From NCBI RefSeq assembly GCF_006345805.1, contig NC_043009.1, positions 62,620,001 to 62,684,000 on the forward strand: 64,000 nucleotides of DNA, given 5' to 3'. The DNA comes from Octopus sinensis. Taxonomy: Eukaryota. The notes beneath the pieces were generated by a model that saw only the letters and a list, made by a program, of their open reading frames with translations, made no database searches and had not been told where the DNA came from. Shown in pieces: positions 11,031-22,375 of the stretch (positions within the stretch are counted from its first letter, which is position 1; each line of letters opens with the position of its first letter). The position numbers and the translations under genes were made by a program.

Positions 11031-11128
11031 GGTGGAAAAAAGAGTACTCAAATACCAATGGTAGAGTAATATGCTTTATTTAAAGCATATTACTCTACCA
11101 TTGGTATTTGAGTACTCTTTTTTCCACC
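11031..11128. repeat. Perfect 48-bp inverted repeat with a 2-nt spacer
   Basis: GGTGGAAAAAAGAGTACTCAAATACCAATGGTAGAGTAATATGCTTTA-TT-exact reverse complement; no mismatch. Confidence 0.95.
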
Positions 11129-11630
11129 TTGTTTCACATTTATGTGTTTACTCCGGTATATATATACATGTATATGAAGCGAAATTGTAACTAGCAACAA
11201 GGAATGTGTGTCTGTGTGTGTGTTTGACACAATGGTGATAGTGGGGGAAGCGGAAGCAAGTATAGTATATATTTTCTCTGTGAGAAAAGCACTTTAAGAG
11301 TAAAGGGAAGCTATGTCTAACTAACCTGACAACCAGCTGACACAGTTAAGTCAGAATGACTTTATGCTTTATTGTTCTTCATGGCTGCTTATGTTTTTTT
11401 CCCTCTTCCCACTACACTGGAAGCCATGGAAAAAGACGACTGAATCTGTGTGCGTGCGTGCGTGTGTGTGTGTGTGTGTTCGTGTTTGTGGGTGAGTGTG
11501 TAAGCGCAAAGGTATGTATATATATGAGTATGTTGAATGTTATGCTAGGCCTATAAAGGTTGTTGATATTCCATATTCAGTGTCATTGCATTTTTTCTGT
11601 TCTGTATACTTCCTTTATTAAAATATAGAT

Positions 11631-11779
11631 CATGCACGAACAACCTTTTCACAAGAAGTGGGCCAAATGAGACATTACTCATCAAAGGTAAGCCGCACCA
11701 CTAGAAAAATTTTCAAGGTAATTTTTCATTAGACGCCCTATTCAGAAAGTTCCACGGGCCGCAGTTTGCCTGTGAACTG
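11631..11779 (-). mobile_element. hAT/Charlie-like MITE-2
   Basis: Reverse-complement homolog of 29305-29449; flanks ATATAGAT / CAGTAGAT. Confidence 0.65.
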
Positions 11780-11953
11780 CAGTAGATATATTAATAACTT
11801 CTATCTCATGCAGAATTTAACATCTCCCTCGAAATTTAATGATACCAAAAAAAAAAAGGCCTTTCTTTCACATTACAATCGACTCCCGTCAATGATACCT
11901 GATATTCTAAATATTTCAGTTAATCGATTTCATTGGCATTATATTTCTCATGT

Positions 11954-12095
11954 GAGGGCGTGTGGCCTAGTGGTTAAGAATGTTGGTCTCACGATCGCTA
12001 GATCGTGGGTTCGATTCTCGGAGCGCGCGGCGCGTTATGTTCCCGGGCAAAACACTTCATTTCACGATGCTTGAGTTCGTTCAGCTGCAACAGAA
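11954..12095 (+). mobile_element. SINE group C head and central part, CpG-rich
   Basis: A-box TGGCCTAGTGG, B-box GGTTCGATTC, then GGGCAAAACACTTCATTTCACG. Confidence 0.75.
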
Positions 12096-12372
12096 GAGCC
12101 CTTCCGATCAGATGCTAAAACGATGCAAAGTTCATTGTGTAACAATATACCTAGACCATAGGTTCACAAAGTGGGCGCTACCGTTCTCCCCACCCCTGTG
12201 AGCGTTGAGACGGTCCAAGGTGGACGCTGGTGCCTAAGGGGCGCTGGGGTAGAGAAAAAGGAGACATTGGGAGGAAAGCAGTGAATTGGGGGATTCTAGG
12301 AATTTATTATATTAATAATATCAAATGATTCATAGTATATATAAGTAAAATATAAAATATTGATTTATATAT

Positions 12373-12745
12373 AGGAGTAGGAGTGGCTGTGTGGTAAGTA
12401 GCTTGCTTACCAACCACATTGTTCCGGGTTCAGTCCCACTGCGTGGCATCTTGGGCAAGTGTCTTCTACTATAGCCTCAGGACGACCAAAGCCTTGTGAG
12501 TGGATTTGGTAGATGGAAACTGAAAGAAGCCTGTCGTATATATGTGTGTGCATGTTTGTGTGTCTGTGTTTGTCTCCCCAACATTGCTTGACAACCGATG
12601 GTGATATGTAACTTAGCAGTTCGGCAAAAGAGACCGATAGAATAAGTACTAGGCTTACAAAGAATAAGTCCTGGGGTCCGTTTGCTCAACTAAAGGCGGT
12701 GCTCCAGCATGGCCACAGTCAAATGACTGAAACAAGTAAAAGAGA
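12373..12745 (+). mobile_element. SINE group A, full length
   Basis: Complete head, CORE-like segment and tail. Confidence 0.9.
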
Positions 12746-12804
12746 AAAAGGGAAAGAGGGGGTCTCCCCCCTCCTAACTTAATCAATTCATCAAGTTGTT
12801 TTTT

Positions 12805-13060
12805 TGTATTTATTTTACTTACTATATACATCACTACTTTAACATCTACTTTTCCATGCTTGCATGAGTCAGATGGAACTTGTTGAAGTGGATTTTCTAT
12901 GGCAGGATGCCCTTCCTGTAAATGACTCCCCTCACTTGTTTCCAAATAAGGTAACATTTCCCCTGTGACCAGACGAGTTTTTCACAGAAAACTGGAAATG
13001 AATGATACTGCTAGTATAACAGTGACTCTCGTTTACAACTATTAGACAATACCAAGGCAA
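12805..13060 (-). mobile_element. RTE 3'-UTR-derived repeat, old
   Basis: TTTTCCATGCTTGCATG...GGATGCCCTTCCT motif shared with the RTE tails at 13840-13980 and 15195-15330. Confidence 0.6.
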
Positions 13061-13099
13061 GGAGACAGTAACCCACACACACACACATCTTTTATCTTT

Positions 13100-13473
13100 T
13101 ACTTATTTCAGTCATTTGAAAGGTTTTAGTCAAACAAATTGACCCTGGGGCTTATTATTTTTTGGAGCCTAGTACTTATTCTATCAGTCTCTTTTGCCGA
13201 ACTGCTAAGTTACAGGTATGTAAATACATCATCACCCATTGTGAAGTGGTCATGGAGGACAAACACAGACACAGAGACACACACACATAGATATATACAT
13301 AAATATACAACAGGCTTCTTTCAGTTTCCTTCTACCAAATCCACTCGCAAGGCTTTGGTTGACCTGAGGCTATATAGTAGAAGACACTTGCCCAAGGTGC
13401 TATGCAGTGGGACTGAACCCAGGACCATGTGGTTGGGAAGCAGGCTTCTTACCACACAGCTACACCGGTGCCT
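13100..13473 (-). mobile_element. SINE group A, full length
   Basis: Reverse complement of the consensus seen at 12373-12745. Confidence 0.9.
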
Positions 13474-13549
13474 ATATATTAATATATATTTTTAGGAAAT
13501 ACATTGTTATGGCTGGTCATAGAGTGACCATTGGTTTCACATCTATAAG

Positions 13550-13980
13550 GTGGATAGCCATATAGGTGACTCATCGACTCAAATGGCCAAAAGCATCGTT
13601 TTGAGCATTGGGTCTCATGGAGGCAAAGTGGCTGAGTTCCTTTTGCATGTTGGGCCTCACGGAGGCAATGACCAAGACCTTTGGCATTATGTCATGCTTG
13701 AGAAGAAGACCCATCAAGCCGAGCAAAATTGCAGTCATGGCAGATACCATTGTTATGCAAACTGGCACCTGTGCCAGTGGCACGTAAACACACCCCAGTG
13801 TCATGCAAATGGCACGTAAAAGCACCCATTACACTCTCGGGGTGGTTGGTGTTAGGAAGGGCATCCAACCGTAGAAAATCATGGTAAATCAGACTAAAGT
13901 CTGGTACAACATTCCAGCATTCCAGCCCAGTCAAACCATGCCAGCATGGATAACTGACAGCAAATGATGATGATGATGAT
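13550..13980 (+). mobile_element. RTE LINE 3' end with (GAT)n tail
   Basis: GACCAAGACCTTTGG...GAAGGGCATCCAACCGTAGAAA...CCATGCCAGCATGG...(GAT)5; inverted homolog of 15195-15660. Confidence 0.8.
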
Positions 13981-14488
13981 CTCACACACACACAGCTTCA
14001 ACAATAATAACACAATATCAATAAAAAAACATCCTATCAATAGAACAAGCTGAAATTTACTGGAGACCAGTATGGGAAAACAATAATGGATTCAACATAA
14101 ATGCTGATGAATTACAAGAAGGATATTACAAGCATGTTGAACAAAAGCTTTACAAAATCAACAGTGTGGAACTATAAACAATCCTGAAAAAAAATACCAA
14201 ACAGGAAATTCTCTGACCCAGATCATATTACAGGATATTAGTAGATATCTTAATTATTATCAAGCAAGATTTATGAACACTGTATTAGAAAAGTATCACA
14301 GGTATATTAAACACACCCACATGGCTGTCAACATACATCAATCTTCTCATACCCTGAAATAGTGAAACTATAGAAGCTAAAAATTATCACCCAATAGCCT
14401 GCCAAATATCATATATAAGATATAGTACCTTGGCTGCTTCAACCTGTTGCTACAGGATCATTCTATCACTAAGAATATAATTCCTTAA

Positions 14489-14694
14489 CCCTTTCGTTAC
14501 TCTATTTATTTTGAGATGCTCTCTGTTTCTTTCAATTACTTTAAATATAACAAAGAATTTAGTAAAATTAAGCTAGTGTTAAGCACATAAATTGTGACTA
14601 AAGTTTGGTGGAAGATATTAATACAAAACTTATGAAAACAAGACATTTGTACTCAGAGCCAGAGCCGGTTTCAGCTGGGTTGGTAACAAAAGGG
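14489..14694. mobile_element. piggyBac-type MITE
   Basis: TTAA|CCCTTTCGTTAC ... GTAACAAAAGGG|TTAA: TTAA TSD, CCC/GGG termini, 12-bp TIR with one mismatch. Confidence 0.85.
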
Positions 14695-15194
14695 TTAACA
14701 AGCTGTGGGAAGATAGAAAGTGGTAGGGATGTTTTGAACATCTAGTGATTAACAAACTGATTCAAGAAGGAACTGCAAGAATTTGGTTGTGATGTGGTTG
14801 AATTATCAAAAAGTGGAATACCAAAGTCCTGCAATTAGCCAATGTCCCTCCACTACCTCACCAAAAACTGGTACACCTCCCAACTCCTTAAAGGCAACAA
14901 ACATTATCAAAAAGGCATCCTACAGGGTGAAAGCCCATCAGTATTAGTGTTGGTTTTCACTTTAAACTCCCTATCGTATTTGATCACAGAATATAGCAGC
15001 ATAGGAATGGATCCAGTAATATGTCTGACTTTCTCTTTGTTGATGAATTGAAGTTGTATGGGCCAAATATTAACCTCATTAAAAGGCAACTGGATCTCAC
15101 AACCCAATTCTCTACAGATTTTGGAATGAAATTTGGTGAGTTTATATGTATATTTTTGGTGGTAAAATGTGGGAAACTTGTGCCCTCCTCCTTA

Positions 15195-16082
15195 TCATCA
15201 TCATCATTTAATGTCCTTTGTCCATGCTGGCATGGGTTGGACAGTTTGACCAGGCTAGAAAGCTGCTCCAGATTCCAGTCTGATATACCATAGTTTTCTA
15301 CAGCTGGATGCCATTCCTAAAGCCAACCACCCCAAGAGTGTAATGGGTGCTTTTACATGCCACCAGCATGGATAGCAATTTGCATGACACCGGTGTCTGT
15401 CACAACTGCAATTCTGCTCAGCTTGATAGGTCTTCCTTTCAAGCACGACATAATGCCAAAGGTCTGAGTCTTTGCTTCTGTGAGACCCAAGACTCAAAAG
15501 GAACTCAGCAACTTTGCCTCTGTGAGGCCCAAAGCTTGAAAAGCATTCTTTACATACCACCAGCATGAGTGCACTTGGCTTGACAGGTCCTCTCAAGCAC
15601 AGCACATTGCCATAGATCTTGGTCACCAGTCATTGCCTTTGTGAGGCTCAAAGTTCGAAGATCATGCTTCAACCATCTCATTCCATGTCTTCCTGGGTCT
15701 ACCTCTGCCACAGATTCCCTTCACAGTTAAAGATTGGCACTTCTTTACACAGCTGTCTTCATCCATACACATCACATGGCCATACCAGTGAAGTCATCTC
15801 TCTTGCACACCACATCTGATGTCTCTTATGCCTAACTTTTCTCTGAAGATGTTTACACTCTTTCAAACATGCACACTGACATTGCACATCCAGCGAAGCA
15901 TACTGACTTCATTTCTTTCAAACCTACGCATGTCCTTGACTGTCACAACCCATGTTTCACTGCTATGCAGCATAGCTATTTGCACACAGGTATCAAACAA
16001 TCTGCCTTTCACTCTGAGTGAGAGGCCCTTTGTTGCCAGCAGAGGTAGGAGCTCTCTGAACTTTGACCATCCTAATCTTATT
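15195..16082 (-). mobile_element. 5'-truncated RTE LINE (ORF C-terminus plus 3' UTR)
   Basis: RIRLGWSKFRELLPLLATKGLSLRVKGRLFDTCVQIAMLHSSETW...RRFERNEVSMLRWMCNVSVH; (TCA)n tail at the left end. Confidence 0.9.
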
Positions 16083-16864
16083 CTTACCCAAGACACTAAA
16101 CATGAACAACCTAAAAAAACAGCCTTTACTCTTTGAGGAAAGCTATAAAAGTCTTGGACTGGAGGAAAATGTCATCTATGATGAACCCATCAATAAGGAG
16201 AGGACAAAGAATGAGGACCTCAAGAGAGTTAAAGACAAAATGATCATCTGAACTCTCAGTATACAACAAGCATGTCTGACTTTCTCTTTGTTGATGAATT
16301 GAAGCTGTATGGGCCAAATATTAACCTCATCAAAAGGCAACTGGATCTCATAACCCAATTCTCTACAGATATTGGAATGAAATTTGATGAGTTTATACGA
16401 GAAGACCTGGCAAGCCAAGTGAGACCATAACCTCATGGCCTATGGCAGGTGTGTACAACACCTTTGCGGTGCCAATCCTCACTGCAACATTTGGCCTTCT
16501 GTTGCTGCAAGAGCTCAGTGACATAGATGTACAAAATTGCAAGCTACTCAGTGTTACTGGAATCTTCAACAACAAGGGAGATGTAGACAGGCTATACTTT
16601 CCATGCAAGGGTGGTGGCCATGGTCTTAAATCAGTATTGACGTCATATGAAGCCTGCATTGTGACACTGAAGCAACATCAGCAGCAGAGCAAAGAGGTCA
16701 GTAAATATCTTGCTCGAGTTTGCAGGCATAAAAATACCAACCTCATTAGGATAGCTAATGAACTTGAGGAGAGGCATGAAAGTAGAGTTGATGCATAGCT
16801 CTCCCCAAACAGTATTGGTAAACTTTATTTATCAGAACAAGAAAATGAAAAAAATGCATAAGTA

Positions 16865-17146
16865 AGCTTAGTACTTATTCTAAGTTATGGGGATGTAAAC
16901 ACACCAGCATCGGTTGTCAAGTGATGTTGGGGGGACAAACACAGACACACAAGCATACACATACACACACACACACACACATATGACGGGCTTCTTTCAG
17001 TTTCCGTCTACCAAATCCACTCACAAGGTTTCGGTCGGCCTGAGGCTATAATAGAAGACACTTGCCCAAGGTGCCACGCAGTGGAACAAAACCTGGAACC
17101 ATGTGGTTCACAAGCAAGCTACTTACCACACAGCCACTCCTATGCC
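16865..17146 (-). mobile_element. SINE group A, 3'-truncated
   Basis: Reverse complement of SINE A head and core. Confidence 0.85.
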
Positions 17147-17316
17147 TACTCCAACGAATATCTAGAATTTGTTTCAAATCTCTTGTTTTCCTCCTAATGT
17201 CTAATGAGATGGACAAGTTCTACATGCCCATGAAACTTTAAATTATATGGAGATAAAGCAAATTGTTATTATGTATGTGTGTGTATATATTTGTGTATTC
17301 ATGTGTGTGTGTTATA

Positions 17317-17510
17317 ATCATCAGCATTTAACATCCATTTTCCATGCTGGCATGGGTTGGATGGTTTGACAGGAATTGGTAAGGCCAGGAGCCACACCAA
17401 GCTCCATTGTCTGTTTTAGCATGGTTTTTATAATTGGATGCCCTTCCTGATGCCAACCCCTTTACAGAGTGTACTGGGTGCTTTTTGCATAGCACCAGCG
17501 CTGACAGGGC
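17317..17510 (-). mobile_element. RTE 3'-UTR-derived repeat
   Basis: ATCATCAGCATTTAACATCCATTTTCCATGCTGGCATGGGTTGG...GGATGCCCTTCCTGATGCCAAC. Confidence 0.75.
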
Positions 17511-17571
17511 CTATGTGGTACCAGAGAGAGAGAAGGAAATACAGGAATATCAATACCTTACAACATACCTT

Positions 17572-17899
17572 CTTGATTTATTAAAATTATCTCCACCTCT
17601 AGAAGACGTGTCCCAATTATCAAATGGTAACTGGGAACAGCTGAAGCTGAGAAAGGGAGATAATCTCAAGAATTATAAGACAATTGTAGAGCTGGGGACG
17701 CCTGTTGAGGTAGAAACTCGTGTCCACGACTGTCCTCTTGTCTCCAGACAATAAATTTGTCCGTCCCCAAATGACATATCAACTTAAGAAAAATCTTCAA
17801 TTTTAAAATTATCTCCCCTTCTCGTTAGAGGTTGTTCTTATTACCATTTGGTAATTAGGATAAATTCTCTAAAAGTGGAGATATTTTTAATAAATCGAG
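17572..17899. mobile_element. Foldback/MITE-like element with ~108-bp imperfect inverted arms
   Basis: 17572-17680 is a diverged reverse complement of 17794-17899; each arm carries an internal ATTATCTCC...GGAGATA(A)T inverted pair; the spacer has GGGGACG/CGTCCCC. Confidence 0.7.
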
Positions 17900-18799
17900 A
17901 ATTTATGTTGCATGGCATTTGATTTTCCTGTATCTGGCGATGTTGTTCATATACAGATCACTGGCCTCTCCGAGTTATTTCTCTTAGCTCATTTTGTTTT
18001 GTGCGAGAGCGAGCGAGAGATAACGACAGTCAGTGCTATCGATATATACAAGGTCCTCAGCTGCTGACCCAGCTTAGCTAAAAGGTCACTTCCGATTAAT
18101 ATACACTACAATCTATTTAACTTCAATGCCATCGCTTGGCCCCGTATACATGTATGTGCACGTGAGTGTGAGTGTGGGTGCGTGCGCGAGCGTGTTAATG
18201 GAAGAAATAACGAATTCCAACTTAAAAATAAGACTTGTTTCAGTCATTTTATTTCCTGGTTATTCACACTAACACACATATTATTTAATATACTCATGCG
18301 TGTGTTCGATTACTTCTACACCTATATTCATACAGATGGATATGTTTGTGCTTGTGTGTGTGTGTGTGTTTACACAAAGTGTATCTGAATAGGGGCTACA
18401 AGAGAGACCAAAGGGCGGGTGAAAGAACAGCTTTATTGAAATGGAATATTCTCAAGTGTTCCCTAGCTTCAGGGAAAAGAGAGAGAGAGAGAGAGAGGGG
18501 CTTTTTGAAGTAATATAGCATTATGTATGTTTTCCCTCTCCACAGCCTTGACTAAATCCCTCTTACCTAAGCAGCACTACATTCTGACCCTTAAACGACT
18601 TTCTGCACAGCGGAGTTTACCTGATAAATTTATCACTTATTTATCCTTTATAGCTGGAAAAAGGAAAAGAAAAGAAAATCAATGAAACCTGCTGTTTTTG
18701 TTTCCAGAAGATTCCTCTATTACTGTCTTTCTTGTCAATATCTCGTTATTTCTTGACAGAGAAAGAGGGGAGTAGTTTCTCCCGTTCAGTCATCCTTAC

Positions 18800-19310
18800 C
18801 CGCACCACCACCATTGTCCCCTCTAACTACCTCCACCATCATCACCATCACTTTCACCGTTATGCTTCTACTATCACTATCTTCACCATAGTCGCCGTTA
18901 CCACCATCTTACTAGTCATCACCAAGTCTCCACTATCACCACAAGTCAACGTGAGATCCTGTTCGTGGCTGCTCGAAAGGGTAGAAATAGTAACCGAATC
19001 TCCCTTAAATCACTCTCTACCGTCTTAGAAAAAAAAAAGGATGCCTTGTATAATGTAGTCCTGGATTCCCTGCGCCCGTGAAAATGAGGGGATAGTCATG
19101 GATTGGTGGAATACCTTTGATCATAGTGCGCTCATTCAGTACTACCTTGGGCTAAACAACTCCTATCCAGCCCACTCACGTCATCACTACTACTATCACC
19201 ATAGTTACTACCATCAACCACCACCATCCGACTGCTAACACAACTATTACATCTATGTTCACCTCCATTACCATCACCACCACCACCACTGCCGCCGCCA
19301 CGATATCATG
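18800..19310. repeat. Degenerate (CAC/CAT/TAC)n trinucleotide tracts (two blocks)
   Basis: Seen directly at about 18800-18940 and 19170-19310. Confidence 0.8.
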
Positions 19311-19429
19311 TCTTGAACATTTTAGTTTAAACTCTTTCCGTAAAAGCATGGCGATTGCTTTCACTTCCCAACTACATTCGACCATCTTTATAAAAATACA
19401 AGCATCTTTCGTTAAGATGACGACGATGT

Positions 19430-20190
19430 AAATGGTGGCGGTGTATCAGAAGTGTAAGAAAAGATGCAGAAAGAATTGATGGAGTGAGAGAAGAGAGCAA
19501 GTGAGAGGAGTGGAAGAGAGGTAGCGTGAGTTATGTGACATATTGAAAAGAGAAATAAATGAATGAGTGGAATAATGTGAGAGAAGAAGAGGAAGAAGTA
19601 GTTTGGTAAACGAGAAGGAGGAGGAGAGTAGGTAGAAAATACGAAGAGAGAGAGAGAGATAGTGATAAAGTGAGAGGAGGAATGTGAGGTAGTGGTATGA
19701 GAACAGAGAGGGAAGGAGTGAGAAGAGTGACAGAGAGGAGTAAGAAAGAGGGAGGAATGTGAAAAATTAAGGAGTAAAAGGGAAGTGAAAGAAAGGAGGA
19801 TGAGGTTGCAGGCATGTGAAAGGAGAGTAAGAGGAACAGAGAGGGAGAAAACTAAAGGGACGGGAATAGGAAAGGTAAGAAAATGGAGGGAAAAGCAGGG
19901 AAGTTGAGAGGTAGGGAGCTGTGAGAGAGAGGTAGGGATTTGGGGGAAGTGGAAGAGGTAGAGAGTTTTGGGCAACGAGAAAGATAGGCGGAGAAGCATT
20001 GCGAGAGGTAGAGTAAGGATGTAGCCAGGTAGGAACAACGGACGAGAAAAGAGAGAGAGAGTAGAAAAGTAAGGAATTAGGAAAAAGAGGAGCAGGAGGT
20101 TATGAGAGAGTGAAATAGAAAGGCAGGGAGTCCAGATGCAGGATGTTACGGAAAACGGTAGATTAAAGAGGAGGTTTAGAGAGACAGGGT
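19430..20190. repeat. Long purine-rich (GA) low-complexity tract
   Basis: Strong strand asymmetry; produces the spurious 208-aa L/S/F-rich minus-strand ORF. Confidence 0.8.
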
Positions 20191-20849
20191 GCTATAAATG
20201 ATGCTTAGATTCAACGACTGATTAACATGCAATCGCTCAGCAACGAACTCCAACCTTTGGTACACAGACCGGCTTGTCTCCTGTCTGTATTTTCTACAGT
20301 AATTAGAGGGGTCTCTGGTTTTCTGAGGTGACTGGCCTTGTATCAGATTAACCCAGGCCCATCTTAGTATAACTCCTCTTGCCTCTGTCCATCACTTACA
20401 TTATGTCCACTACCCTAGGCCCCACTTAACGCTCATGATCCTTCGTCCCTTGAACATCAGCCGGCCACAACTCTTAACCTGTACATTTTCCCTGCAGCTA
20501 TCGACCTATCCGTGCATCAGTCTTATCTTTCCTTCCTACAAACCAAACCAATATTTTTTTTAAGGGAGTACTAGTGAAATTGGACCTTGGGAGACTGAAG
20601 ATGCCGGAGATAGAAGTGCTAGGGAGACAGTAAGAAATAAAAAAGATAGAGCCAAGAAGGAAAAAATAGAGTGCATGGATACAGGAGAGTAAGGAGAGAG
20701 ACGGAGGGCGGGAGAAATGACGGAAGAAAGATTTAGAAATAAAAGTCAATGGTTAAATAGAATAAGAAGGTAAAAAAATCAATAAGATTTAAGCACCAAG
20801 ATGTTATTTATTTAGTTCTCTTTTCTAAACAATCTCATCTTTCTCAATT

Positions 20850-20881
<32 letters not shown>

Positions 20882-21067
20882 TACTTTGTACTAAGTCTCA
20901 CACTTCCCCACCACCACCACCACCATTTTCCCCTGTTACTATTCCAGATTGTTTCTTCTTTGCTTTCTTCCACCTTTTTCCGTCATTCATTTTCCATTAT
21001 TTTTTCTTTTCCTCGTTCACTCTAATTTTATCTCCGCCCGCCTTCGCTTTTATATATCTCCGCCTCA

Positions 21068-21107
<40 letters not shown>

Positions 21108-21899
21108 TTCTCTTTCTCTACATTTGTCCCTCCCATTCCTTCTTCATCTCTTCCACATCGCCTACCCCCACCTCACCCTTGCTGACTGTCCAACTGAAGC
21201 AAAATAGACAACATTTTATTAACTATCCTGTATTTCATTTAGCTTTCAAAAGATAATAATTCAATCCATTTCCTCCTCCTCCTTCTCCTTCTCTTTCACC
21301 ACCCACCCCTGCCATTGCAGACTTTAGCCCAGTTTACAACCTTCTCCTTCACACAAGCACTCGATGCCTGCTTTCTATGTTTCTTTTACCTTTTCCTCTC
21401 TTTATTTACAGCTCATAATCCACGATTGCTACAGCTGTACAGAAACACTTGCTTCTTGCAATTAACCAGCTCAATACTAGAAACATTGCCGTTCTTGTTA
21501 TTCCTCCCTATATATACCTGCCATTCTATTTAGTAGTTTCAATCAAATATTCTTCTGGGCAGATCAACATAGTCCTCTTAGCAAATGCTTAGCTCCTTTT
21601 ACAAAGGTAGGCTAAAAGAGCTTTAGGAGAAGCATCCAATACCCAAATCTTGCCTGTTCTGACTACACCAGCCTTATAAATCTGAGATGTTCAGATTACG
21701 TAAAGCAATCGTTAAGATTTGTGTGAATGAAAGAACAGCAAATGCTGGCGGGTAATGTGAACCTGTAAGTATGTATGTCTGGATTAATATAGTGAGAAGA
21801 TGTGTTGGAGGGGAGAGAGAGAGAGGGGGGGAGAGAGTTGACTGGTTTAGTTAGGAGTCAGGGTAAGGAGAAAGATCCAAGTATGCAGGTTATGCTTTG

Positions 21900-22375
21900 T
21901 TTTCTCTCTCTCTCTCCCTGAATACCCCTCTTTCTCTCTCTGTATACCTCTCTTTTTCTCTCTGTATACCTCTCTCTCTCTCTCTCTGTATACCTCCCTT
22001 TCTCTTTCTCTGTATACTTCTCTTTCTCTCTCTGTATACCTCTCTTTCTCTCTCTATACCTCTCTTTCTCTCTCTCTGTATACCTATCTTTCTCTCTCTG
22101 TATACCTCTCTTTCTCTCTCTATACCTCTCTTTCTCTCTCTCTGTATACCTATCTTTCTCTCTCTGTATACCTCTCTTTCTCTCTCTATACCTCTCTTTC
22201 TCTCTCTATACCTCTCTTTCTCTCTCTCTGTATACCTCTCTTTCTCTCTCTCTGTATACCTATCTTTCTCTCTCTGTATACCTCTCTTTCTGTCTGTATA
22301 CCTCTCTTTCTCTCTCTGTATACCTCTCTTTCTCTCTGTGTACCCCTCTCTCTCCGTATACCTCTCTTTCTCTTT
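21900..22375. repeat. (CT)n-based minisatellite, unit about CTCTCTCTGTATACCTCTCTTT (22-26 bp)
   Basis: Recurrent GTATACC/CTATACC cores in a CT background; source of the ORFs at 21890-22496. Confidence 0.9.

Larger units (their letters stand above)
14030..16860 (+). mobile_element. R4/Dong-like (RLE-type) LINE reverse transcriptase relic with nested insertions
   Basis: YWRPVWENNNGFN; KKIPNRKFSDPDHITGY (cf. NWKAPGPD); KNYHPIAC; GILQGESPS (cf. GIFQGDSLSP); FVDELKLYG (cf. YMDDLKLY); DFGMKFG; ESYKSLG; NTFAVPILTATFG; DVDRLYFPCKGGGHGLKS. No RLE domain seen; 3' end cut by a SINE. Confidence 0.85.

Noticed and set aside
11954-12030. tRNA gene (also the heads at 24208, 30365 and 47887)
   Set aside because: A and B boxes are present but there is no clean cloverleaf, and each continues into a SINE body.
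19412-20038. 208-aa ORF as a membrane protein
   Set aside because: Reverse strand of a GA-rich tract; L/S/F/P bias with no domain.
20193-20331. TATA box plus 34-aa small ORF
   Set aside because: The ATG would lie almost at the predicted start site; such motifs are common by chance in AT-rich DNA.
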